Assembly: GCA_010909165.1 (NCBI GenBank)
Contig: VJWM01000172.1
Location: 62,001-126,000, forward strand
Direction: 5' to 3'
DNA length: 64,000 nucleotides
From: Anthoceros angustus
Taxonomy: Eukaryota; Plantae; Anthocerotophyta
Below, in pieces: positions 1-10,079 of this stretch. The notes below the pieces were generated by a model. It made no database searches. It was not told the origin of the DNA and was given only the letters and a program-made list of their open reading frames with translations. The position numbers and the translations under genes were made by a program. The first letter of the stretch is position 1, and the number at the start of each line of letters is the position of its first letter.

Positions 1-586
1 GGTCAAGGACGTATGGCTCATCCGCATACCGCTGTCTCCACAGCTCCGCCGTCCTCTGCCTCGCCAGCTCCTGCCTTGCCCCGGCCAGCAGAGGAGCATC
101 GATGATCTTCCCGTACAGTGCCTTGCAGTCCTTTGCATACTGGACCTGCGTCAGCAGACAGTGCTGAGCAACTGGCACAAATGCTCAAGACAACAAATCC
201 ATGGACAAAAGTCGCAAGGCTGCGTCACTTACGGGGCTAAGGCGATGGCAATGCCAGATCCAGGCACAGTCTAAAGGAGGAACGAGATGCTGCCCATCTG
301 CCTCAGCTGCCAGAGGTAGCCAGCAGGACTTATACCTGAATCACAGCACAAGTTAGAGTCTCCATTCTCCATAAAGACAGTTCCATGTGACCCAGAAAAT
401 GCACACAACACTGCACTACCTCTTGATGGCTCGTGTGATGGCTTCGTCGTCCCAATACAGACATGGATTTCGTTCCACCTGAGAAAGGAAATCTAACAAG
501 ATGTTGGCAGCTTCAATCAAATTCACGCTAATTTTTATTGTTTGAGCAGACCCCCATTCGGCCTCTGGACTCCTCGAGCTCGCCAT
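1..586 (-). CDS. GRDP1: Glycine-rich domain-containing protein (DUF1399, GRDP1/2-like), 5' exons only; gene runs off the window start
   Basis: Hand translation from ATG at 586 across two GT-AG introns (~146-229, ~334-419) gives MASSRSPEAEWGSAQTIKISVNLIEAA...AIKR/YKSCWLPL...LVPPLDCAWIWHCHRLSP/VQYAKDCKALYGKII...ELWRQRYADEPY. This matches the plant GRDP N-terminal motifs (PPLDCxWIWHCHRL). Not in the ORF track because the exons are short. Confidence 0.85.
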
Positions 587-1334
587 TCGGTCGGCTCTGG
601 CTCAAATGAGAACTCTACTGGATCCTACTCAACCGGTGCCCCTCGGTGACCGTTGTGTGAGTTGTGCAACCTCAGGGCCCTGCACAAACCACCCTTCCCC
701 TGCAAGCAGAGCCAAGCTTGGCTCCTTCAAATAGATTGGGACAGGATAGTTACTACCTCTGGGAACTGTACACACGGACATCTTTGAGCAGAAGGCTGAG
801 CCCTTCGCCTCTGCTTCAAGCTGAAGTCTTTTTCTCTTTCCGGGAACCTTCAAGGTTGGCCGGATGGCACCTCTTCTGCGAATATCTCCTATCCTGTATG
901 CTTTCCGATCGCGTGCAGCGTTCTGCTAACTAACGGATTTCAAGTTCAATCACGTTCATGTTTCAAGAGCATTTCAAGAACAACTTCTTTCAAGAGCATT
1001 TGAAGTATACGAGAACCGAACGGGATATGAAGGAGCCAAAGGTAATGTTTATTTGGACTTGGTAAAATATATTTTTCACAGATTACTATCAGAAGAAGAA
1101 GTCTATTAGGCATAGACTTGGTCTCTTTTGGACGGATTTCTGTAGATTTTTTTGTTTCGGAAATGTGGAAAATACATTCAGCTGATCAAAATCGTGAATT
1201 TTCCTTTTCATGGGATTGGGTGCATAAAAACTTGTATCATGGTGTGTGCTGAACCCGAGAATGACGATCGTCTCAAATTGGGACTTTGAGGTATGTTCTC
1301 GGGCTCTTACGAAAAAACATGGCGCTGATAAATC

Positions 1335-2308
1335 TATGGAATACCGATCTGGTCACTCGGATTCATGAGTGTGACTTTGTATGTATGCTGCAGAAATATG
1401 CCACGGCATCTTTCAGATACTTGCATACAATACACGTATAATACCTGCCACATCAGCTTCGGTAGGTTCGTACGCGGGGCAAAAACTTTCAATGACACAA
1501 TGTTAGCCTGGTGTTCCGATTGTGTCATGCACATGTTTTCTTGTTTAGGGTTCTAGGGTTCCAATCACCACACATACATGTTAAACAAGCAGCCAAGACA
1601 TTGTACAGGGAGTGCAGGAGCAGGGGGGAGGCATTGCCTGAGTACCTGCAGCAATGGAAGCAGGCTGAAGCCACGCCGTGGGCATGGACAGGGATCAACC
1701 TGTTGCGTTATGTGGTCCAGTAGGCCCTTTGAACTTTACACTTGTGTACTGCAGGCTTTTTTGGGTGCAAGCCTTGTATGTGTGCGATTGTTTTCATGAA
1801 AGCCCTTCTTGTGTTGGTCCTTGTGATACAAACTTGTTTCAGAGTACTTAGTGCCATGTGAAACTGCACCTCCATAGGGAGCAGGAAACCTTGCAGCCCT
1901 TTATGCAGCAGTGCCAAACACTGCAGCCCTACACGCAAGGGCAAACGCACTCAGCCGCACCGCAAACACAAACGATGAGTGCAGCGCAAACGCAAATGTA
2001 AACAGTACGCCGCCCACATACGCCGCACACATACGCCGCCCAGATGCATGTTGCAATGGCACAAAAACGCAAATGAACCCTAAACGCAACCCTAAACCCG
2101 AGAGAAAAAAAGTTTCTGTGTATCGTGAAAACTTTGTGTGCATCATCGGGTAGGTTGACGACATCGGTACACCGGGGGGCTACAGCCCCGACCGATTTGG
2201 TCATGCCTGACATACCGAAATAGTTCCGCCGTATGCGGCGGGACTATTTCTTTCTGTCCACAACCCTAAAAACATGTGGATGCCGTGTGATCAGATCGGT
2301 ATTCCATA
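1335..2308. mobile_element. Non-autonomous TIR (MITE-like) element, 974 bp
   Basis: 26-bp terminal inverted repeats (TATGGAATACCGATCTGGTCACTCGG at 1335-1360; 24/26 match to the reverse complement of 2283-2308), flanked on both sides by TAAATC. No transposase ORF. Confidence 0.65.
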
Positions 2309-2349
2309 TAAATCAAGAGCCGAGGGGCTTTCTTCCGCTCTCTGTTTCG

Positions 2350-2537
2350 CACCTATTGATGTAGAAAGCAAAAAAGAACGAACCACTAGAACATCAAGAA
2401 TCTTGATTTCACACCTATTGATTCAGAAAGCAAAAAAGAGCGAACAGCCACAACATCAAGAATCTTGATGATGTTTCCCACCTATTGATCTAGAAAGCAA
2501 AAAAAAACAAACCACTACAACATCAAGAATCTTGATG
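2350..2537. repeat. Three tandem 62-67 bp units, each ending in the palindrome CATCAAGA-A-TCTTGAT(G)
   Basis: CACCTATTGAT..AGAAAGCAAAAAA...ACATCAAGAATCTTGAT starts at 2350, 2412 and 2479. Confidence 0.85.
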
Positions 2538-2713
2538 TGAACATGAGAGCATTTGAGTCAACTTCAGGGGCCTTGCAGTTTCTCTTGCATGCGGGCAAGA
2601 GCACGTCATTCACTTCCCCCCTCTTTGTACAATATTTTGGCACTAGCTAAGAGAAGGTGCTGGTACGGCGTGCTCTGCGGGCAAGCGAATGGGAGGGCAC
2701 CGTGTGGGAAGAC

Positions 2714-2963
2714 TGAAGGATCGTGTGGCAGCCCATGATGGTGGAAAGAGGAGAGGAGAGGAGGAAGCAAATGTATCTCTCTCATTGAGATGAGGGCTCT
2801 GGGGGTATTTATACCCTCCAGCAGGGCTCCCTAGGAAGCTCCACAAGAAGCCCCTAGGAAACAGCGCAAGAAGCTTCCTAGTTATTAGCTTCAGCTAAAC
2901 TAATGACACCTAACTTAGACTAAGCGTATTAGTCTAAGTACATTGGGCTTTAATACCCTTACA
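2714..2963 (-). repeat. 3' LTR of the copia element
   Basis: TGAAGG...CCTTACA; direct repeat of 9600-9849; polypurine tract (AAGTGGGAGG on the minus strand) immediately adjacent at ~2964-2975. Confidence 0.97.
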
Positions 2964-3005
2964 ACCTCCCACTTAAAGGCCAATTTACCTTCGTAGAAGA
3001 ATGGG

Positions 3006-6000
3006 CTACCTCATGCCCATCAGTGTCCGAGCTTGTGCAAATTGCTCCGTAGAGAATCCCTTGGTAAGAATATCTGCAAGGTTCTGGCTGGTGTGAACCT
3101 TGACAAGTTGTACCCTCTTGTCATCCAACATCTCTCGAATAAAGTGATACTTCACATCCACATGTTTAGTCTTCGCATAAAACACTAGATTCTTTGCCAA
3201 TTGGATAGCACTCTGGCTATCACAATACAACACTGGCAGCTCAACCTTGATCCCCAAGTCTCCCACTAAACGAGCAAGCCATATGGCTTCCTTGCAAGCC
3301 TCAGTTGTCGCAACATACTCGGCCTCTGTGGTAGATAGCGTAATGCACGACTGCAAACGAGATCGCCATGAGATCGCCTCCAAAGGCACATGAAGACATA
3401 ACTCGATGTGGACCTCCTTTTGTCCATATCCCTGCATAATCGATCTGTACCCAACCACATGCATCTTCACTACCAAAACATATGCACAAAGCTTTTGTAC
3501 CATTCAGATACCTCATAACTCCTTTTACTGCCTCCCAATGCTTCTTGCCAGGGTTTGACATAAACCTGCTAACCACTCCCACTGCAAAGGCAATGTCAGG
3601 ACGTGTAGCAATCATTGCATACATCAAACTCCCTACGGTGATGAGTATGGGACCTTCTCCATTTCAGCTTTTGTCCTCCTCGTAGCTTGGGCAATCCGCT
3701 TGAAAGTTTCACATATGGAGGCAATGGAGTACCCAATGGCTTCCCTTCTCCATGTTGAAACGTTGAAGCACTTAATGTATTCCGTCGAGACAAATAAAGC
3801 ACGCTTATGTCTGCTCCGACGAATACGCATGCCAAGTATATGGCTCGCCTCCCAAGTCTGCTATTTCAAAGTGAGCATTCAACTTTGACTTCAACGAAAT
3901 CTCATCAAGATCGCTTCCAAAGAATTAGCATATCATCCACATAGAGGATCAAAATGAGCAAGCTTTGATCCTTAGCTTGCTTCAGATAGAGGCAATGATC
4001 CTCATCGCTACGTTTGTAGCCTTGAGAAAGCATAAATGAGTGGAACTTGTGATACCACTCTGGGTGCTGTTTCAAACCATAAAGGCTCTTCCTCAACCCG
4101 CACACCGATTCTCTTTGCCCTTCTCAACAAAACCTTGGTTCTTTGCATGTAGACGCCCTCTTGAAGGTCACCATGCAAGAATGCCGTCTTGACATCCATC
4201 CGCAAGTTCCATATCATTCGCAACCAAAGCAAGAACACATCGCAAAGTTGTCATTTTGACTCGGTGAGAAAATCTCATCAAAGTCAATGCCTTGTTGCTT
4301 GAAACCCTTAGCAACCAATCGTGCCTTGTACTTTGGTTTGCCATCAAGCGGTATGACCTTCATCTTGTACACCCATTTGCACGGTAGTGCCTTCTTATCC
4401 CTAGGCAACCAAACCAACTCCCAAGTTTGGTTCTTATGCAGCGAATTCATTTCTGACTGCATGGCCTTCTCCCACTTCTCTTTGTTACTCATTGACATGG
4501 CCTCTTTGTAAGAAGAGGGTTCCCCACAATCTGTCAGCATGACATAATCCAGAGATGGATCATACCTGTCAGGAGGTCGTGTAATCCTGCCTGACCTACG
4601 AAGCACAGGCACCTCTATAGGTGCTTGTTCGACTCTTGGTTCATCTACCGGTGGAGGAATGTGCTCCTGCACATTACCACGGTTATCAACCATGATGATC
4701 ATGTCCATCTTCTTGAAGATCACCCTTCGCACCTCCACTTGGAGTAGGCTTCTGCATCTTGTTCTCATTGAAGAACACGTCGTTAGTACGAACAACCTTT
4801 CTAGCCTCGGATCCCACAAACGGTATCCCATCTCAGAATCACCATAGCCAAGAAAAATACATTTCTTGGACTTAGGTGCCAACTTGTCCCGAAACTCTTT
4901 TGGAACATGGCAAGATGCCTCACCAAACACTCGCAGATGCTTGTAGGATGGTTTCTTTCCAGACCATAGCTCCTCGAACCTGCTCATCAACAACCTTATT
5001 AGGAGATCATTAATAAGATGAATTGCAGAGACATCGCTCGCCCAAAACCCATTAGGCAATCCGAGTTTGACAACAAACTCGCATCCTCTCCTCGAATGGT
5101 TACATTCATCCGCTCACCACACCATTTTGTGGAGGAGTATACAGATAATTCTCTTTTGATTCCCTTGGAATCACGAATGACTGAAAGCTTTCGAAACATA
5201 CTCCACCATTATCCGCCCTTAGACACTTCAATCGGTGGCCGATCGATTCTCTACAAGGGTGACAAATTTCAAACACCGCCGAACTTCATCCTTTTTCCTC
5301 AAAGGATAAAACCCACACCTTGCGTGAGAAAATCATCTATGAAAGTGACAAAATAGGAGGCACCGCCTAATGATGCAGAGCATAGGTCCACATACATCAC
5401 GTGAACCAACTCAAGAGGTTTACTCCTACTTTACCTCTTGTTCGATGTGATGATTTTGTCTGCTTCCCATATAAACAAAGGCTCACACATCGAGAGATCG
5501 AGAAGTTAAGAACAGGATATAACCGTAACGAGATAAAACCTTCATTCCCTTCGAGACATATGTCCTAACCGCAATGCCACAAGGAAACATTTGGCTGCTC
5601 ACATTATCACATGATCTTTGATGTTTACTCAAGTGAGTACAAAGTGCCACACTTGATCCACGAGCTAACACAAGAGAACCTTTGGAGATCTTCCAAGAGT
5701 GATCCCCAAACCAGAAGTGGTAACCAAAGATCATCCAACCGCCCCGCTAATCATGCTTTTGTCAACTTCGAACATGCCTAACGCCCTTCAAAGATGAATG
5801 AAGATCCGTTGTCAAACTTGAGTTGCACATCACCAACGCCGCGATCCGCATGCAGTTATTTCCAAGCCTAACATCCTTTCCTTGTAGCATCATACGTGCT
5901 AAACCACTCTATGAGGAGTAACATGGAAAGATGCACCAGTCAATTATCCAATTGCGTAATAAATGACTATCCACGGTAATCAGCAAGATTCAAGTAAGAA

Positions 6001-8903
6001 GAGATAAGGACATCTCCGTCCTCAACGTAGTTTAACTCTTCCAACTGACATTGATCCTTAGCTTGCTTCAGATAGAGGCAATGATCCTCATCGCTACGCT
6101 TTGTAGCCTTGAGAAAGCATAAATGAGTGGAACTTGTGATACCACTGGTGCCTGCTTCAAACCATAAAGGCTCTTCCTCAACCTCGCACACCGATTCTCT
6201 TTGCCCTTCTCAACAAAACCTTGGTTCTTTGCATGTAGACGTCCTCTTGAAGGTCACCATGCAAGAATGCCGTCTTGACATCCATCCGCATAAGTTCCAT
6301 ATCATTCGCAACCAAAGCAAGAACACATCGCAAAGTTGTCATTTTGACTCGGTGAGAAAATCTCATCAAAGTCAATGCCTGTTGTTGCTTGAAACCCTTA
6401 GCAACCAATCGTGCCTTGTACTTTGGTTTGCCATCAAGCGGTATGACCTTCATCTTGTACACCCATTTGCAGTAGTGCCTTCTTATCCTAGGCAACCAAA
6501 CCAACTCCCAAGTTTGGTTCTTATGCAATTCATTTCGATCGCATGGCCTTCTCCCACTTCTTGTTACTCATTGACATGGCCTCTTTGTAAGAAGAGGGTT
6601 CCCCACAACTGTCGATGACATAATCCAGAGATGGATCATACCCGAGGTCGTGTAATCTGCGACCTCGACACAGCACCTCTATAGGAGCTTGTTCGACTCT
6701 TGGTTCATCTATCGGTGGAGGAATGTGCTCGCACATTACCACTTATCAACCCGCCCATGATGATCATGTCCATCTTCTTGGAAGATCACCCTTCGCACTC
6801 CACAGTTGGAGTAGGCTTCTGCATCTTGTTCTCATTGAAGAACACGTCGTTAGTACGAACAACCTTTCTAGCTCTGGATCCCACAAACGGTATCCCATCT
6901 CACTAGAATCACCATAGCCAAGAAAAATACATTTCTTGGACTTAGGTGCCAACTTGTCCCGAAACTCTTTTGGAACATGGCAGTATGCCTCACAGCCAAA
7001 CACTCGCAAATGCTTGTAGGATGGTTTCTTTCCAGACCATAGCTCCTCGAACCTGCTCATCAACAACCTTATTAGGAGATCTATTAATAAGATGAATTGC
7101 AGAGACATCGCTCGCCCAAAACCCATTAGGCAATCCGAGTTTGACAACAAACTCGCATCCTCTCGAATGGTTCTGCTCATCCGCCACACCATTTTGTGGA
7201 GGAGTATACGATCAATTCTCTTTTGATTCCCTTGGAATCACGACCGAAAGCTTTCGAAACATACTCCACCATTATCGTCCTTAGACACTTCAATCGGTGG
7301 CTGATCGATTCTCTACAAGGGTGACAAATTTAAAACACCGTCGAACTTCATCCTTTTTCCTCAAAGGATAAAACCCACACCTTGCGTGAGAAAATCATCT
7401 ATGAAAGTGACAAAATAGGAGGCACCGCCTAATGATGCAGAGAGGCATAGGTCCACATACATCACTGAACCAACTCAAGAGGTTTACTCTACTTTACCTC
7501 TTGTTCGATGTGATGATTTTGTCTGCTTCCCATATAAGCAGTGCTCACACATCGAGAGAAGAAGTTAAGAACAGGATATAACCGTAACGAGATAAAACCT
7601 TCATTCCCTTCAGACATATGTCCTAACCGCAATGCCACAAGGAAACATTTGGTCGCTCCACATTATCACATGATCTTTGATGTGTTTACTCAAGTGAGTA
7701 CAAAGTGCCACACTTGATCCACGAGCTAACACAAGAGAACCTTTGGAGATCTTCCAAGAGTGATCCCCAAACCAGTGGTAACCAAAGATCATCCAACCGC
7801 CCCGCGCTAATCATGCTTTTCGTCAACTTCGGAACATGCCTAACGACCTTCAGTATGAATGAAGATCCGTTGTCAAACTTGAGCTGCACATCACCAACGC
7901 CTGCGATCTGGCATGCGTAGTTATTTCCAAGCCTAACACATCCTTTCCTTGTAGCATCATACGTGCTAAACCACTCTCTATGAGGAGTAACATGGAAAGA
8001 TGCACCAGAGTCAATTATCCAATTGCAGAATAAATGACTATCCACGGCGTTAATTGAAAGATTCAAGTAAGAAGAGATAAGGACATCTCCGTCCTCAACG
8101 AGTTTAACTCTTCCAACGACATTCAAGTCGCCTTCTTGTCGTCCGCTTCTTCTCTTTTCCTTGGTCCTTTTGAACTTCTCGCACTCTCTTTTGAAGTGAC
8201 CCTTTTGTGACAATAGTGACACTCCACATTCTTGTTACGACTACGAGATTTGCTACGAGAAAAGCTTCGTCCGGTTGCTTCCCTTCGCAGCGGGACCTCC
8301 CTCTCACTATGAGGGCACCGGAACCTTTGGAAGGTTCCATGTTTTTCCTGCTCACCTCCTCGCCAATGCTACCTTCTACATTTACAATGGTAAGACCACT
8401 AGCAAAGTGTAATTACTCAGTCGCATTTAAAGGTGTCCCAACTCTCGTAATGTGACCAATGAAACATAGCTCTCACTAACTGGGAATGTGATACCTTGAG
8501 ATGAGAGTGGCTGAAAATGGTATTGAAATCATTCGGATGATCGGACATCCTCGTCCCTTCCTTCATCTTCAAGTCCACCAGTTGTTTCAACCAATACACC
8601 GAGAAGCCGCACTTTGCTTCTCATACAGTCACATACCGCCATACAGTAACTCGTGGTCTTATCTTTCACATTGAAGTACACTGTTTTTGACAATGTTAGC
8701 ATGATAGTAGATCTAGCAAGCTCATCCAGGTCCTGCCACTCATCCTGTGTCATACTATCTGGTTTGACGCCTAACAGCTTTATGGGCTTGATCTGCTTTT
8801 TCTGCACTAGAACATTATACACTTGTTCTTTCTAGAACGGGAAGTTAGTACCATCTAACTTCTCGATATTGAACATGACGTTTTCTGATGATGAAGACAT
8901 CAT
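3006..8903 (-). pseudogene. copia gag-pol polyprotein, frameshifted and internally duplicated
   Basis: gag start MMSSSENVMFNIEKLDGTNF (~8903), CHYCHK-GHFKREC zinc knuckle (~8200), protease WIIDSGASFH (~8000), integrase (HLRVFGC, KCIFLGY), RT (KARLVAKGF, MDVKTAFLHGDL, LYVDDM) and RNase H (STTEAEY, CDSQSAI, NLADILTK) ending at 3006. Confidence 0.95.
3965..8123. repeat. Internal tandem duplication of ~2.08 kb (protease to RT N-terminus) in the copia element
   Basis: TTGATCCTTAGCTTGCTTCAGATAGAGGC begins at 3965 and again at 6051. The copies are colinear and differ mainly by 1-3 bp indels. Removing one copy leaves ~5.05 kb. Confidence 0.93.
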
Positions 8904-9180
8904 GATTCAAAAATCGATATAGATGAAACACTCGACTCGCCTTGTCAGAAAAGGCAAAATTTTTTTTTTGTAATGTAGAAACTGCAAGTTACCGTTGTGG
9001 TAATTATGCCTTGTCGCTGGCATGCACCACCGTGGCTCACTTGTCGGCGGGTCATTGTGGAGTTGAAAATTTTCTCTCAACGACGCAAATCCCAACGTTG
9101 AGGTCCCACCACCGTGCGGCCGTGTATTGCCGCTGACCGCCACGAGTATTCTACCGTATTTCGCAATATTTTGCTCGCCT

Positions 9181-9499
9181 GGCCGCCGCGCCGCGCCGCG
9201 CCCGCGCCCGCCCGCCACCGCGCCGCGCCGCGCCGCCGCGCCACCGCCGCGCCCGCGCCGCCGCGCGCGCTGCGGCCGCGCGCGCCCGCGCCCGCGCCGC
9301 CGCGCCGCGGCCTCGCGGCCTCGCGGCCTCGCGGCCTGCGCCCGGCGCCGCCGCGCCGCGCGCCGCGCCGCCGCGCCCGCCGCGCCGCGCCACCGCGCCG
9401 CGCGCGCTGCGGCCGCGCGCCGCGCCGCGGCCGCGCGCGCTGCGGCCGCGCCCGCGCCGCGCCACCGCCGCGCCCGCGCCGCGCCCGCGCCGCGGCCGC
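9181..9499. other. Low-complexity ~97% GC tract in the copia 5' leader
   Basis: By hand count, 4 A and 7 T in ~319 bp of CGC/GCC/CGCG units, between the PBS (9586) and the gag ATG (~8903). Confidence 0.9.
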
Positions 9500-9585
9500 T
9501 GGCGATATGGATCACCTGCAATTCCACGAGCTGCTGCCAGCCCTACAGGTAGAATTTTCTAGCATCTCAACACAACCAGACCAAA

Positions 9586-9597
9586 GCTCTGATACCA
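9586..9597 (-). other. Primer-binding site (initiator tRNA-Met)
   Basis: TGGTATCAGAGC on the minus strand, 2 bp inside the 5' LTR. Confidence 0.95.
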
Positions 9598-9599
9598 GT

Positions 9600-9849
9600 T
9601 GAAGGATCGTGTGGCAGCCCATGATGGTGGAAAGAGGAGAGGAGAGGAGGAAGCAAATGTATCTCTCTCATTGAGATGAGGACTCTGGGGGTATTTATAC
9701 CCTCCAGCAGGGCTCCCTAGGAAGCTCCACAAGAAGCCCCTAGGAATCAGCGCGAGAAGCTTCCTAGTTATTAGCTTCAGCTAAACTAATGACACCTAAC
9801 TTAGACTAAGCGTATTAGTCTACGTACATTGGGCTTTAATACCCTTACA
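9600..9849 (-). repeat. 5' LTR of the copia element
   Basis: 246/250 identical to 2714-2963, TG...CA ends, followed by the TSD AAGAC. Confidence 0.97.
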
Positions 9850-10079
9850 AAGACGGCAGACGCGTTTTGGGAAATATATAAGTTTGGGTAGGGACGATGT
9901 AGTGATAGTCATGGATTGATACGAAACGTTTGATTTCAACAAACTCAATTTTGTGAAGGATTTGCTTATCAGAACACCTGAACTCGTTTTAGGTTACGTT
10001 TTTTGTGCTAATTTTCGGAGAGGATGCTCCCCTGGGTGCGCTGGTCAGAAAGTTGTGTTCATACTATGCACCTATAATA

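Larger units (their letters stand above)
2714..9849 (-). mobile_element. Full-length Ty1/copia LTR retrotransposon, Tnt1-like
   Basis: Two 250-bp TG...CA LTRs with 4 mismatches, a perfect 5-bp TSD AAGAC (2709-2713 and 9850-9854), PBS, PPT, and gag-PR-IN-RT-RH domain order on the minus strand. Confidence 0.97.

Noticed and set aside
1545-2270. TTAGGG/CCCTAA motifs suggesting an interstitial telomere
   Set aside because: Only isolated one- or two-unit teloboxes inside the TIR element.
2350-2537. Palindromic repeats resembling a mini CRISPR array
   Set aside because: The intervening sequences are homologous to each other rather than unique spacers, and no cas genes are present.
8907-9602. Ala/Arg/Pro-rich ORFs of 104-206 aa on both strands
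   Set aside because: By-products of the stop-free pure-GC tract in the copia leader.
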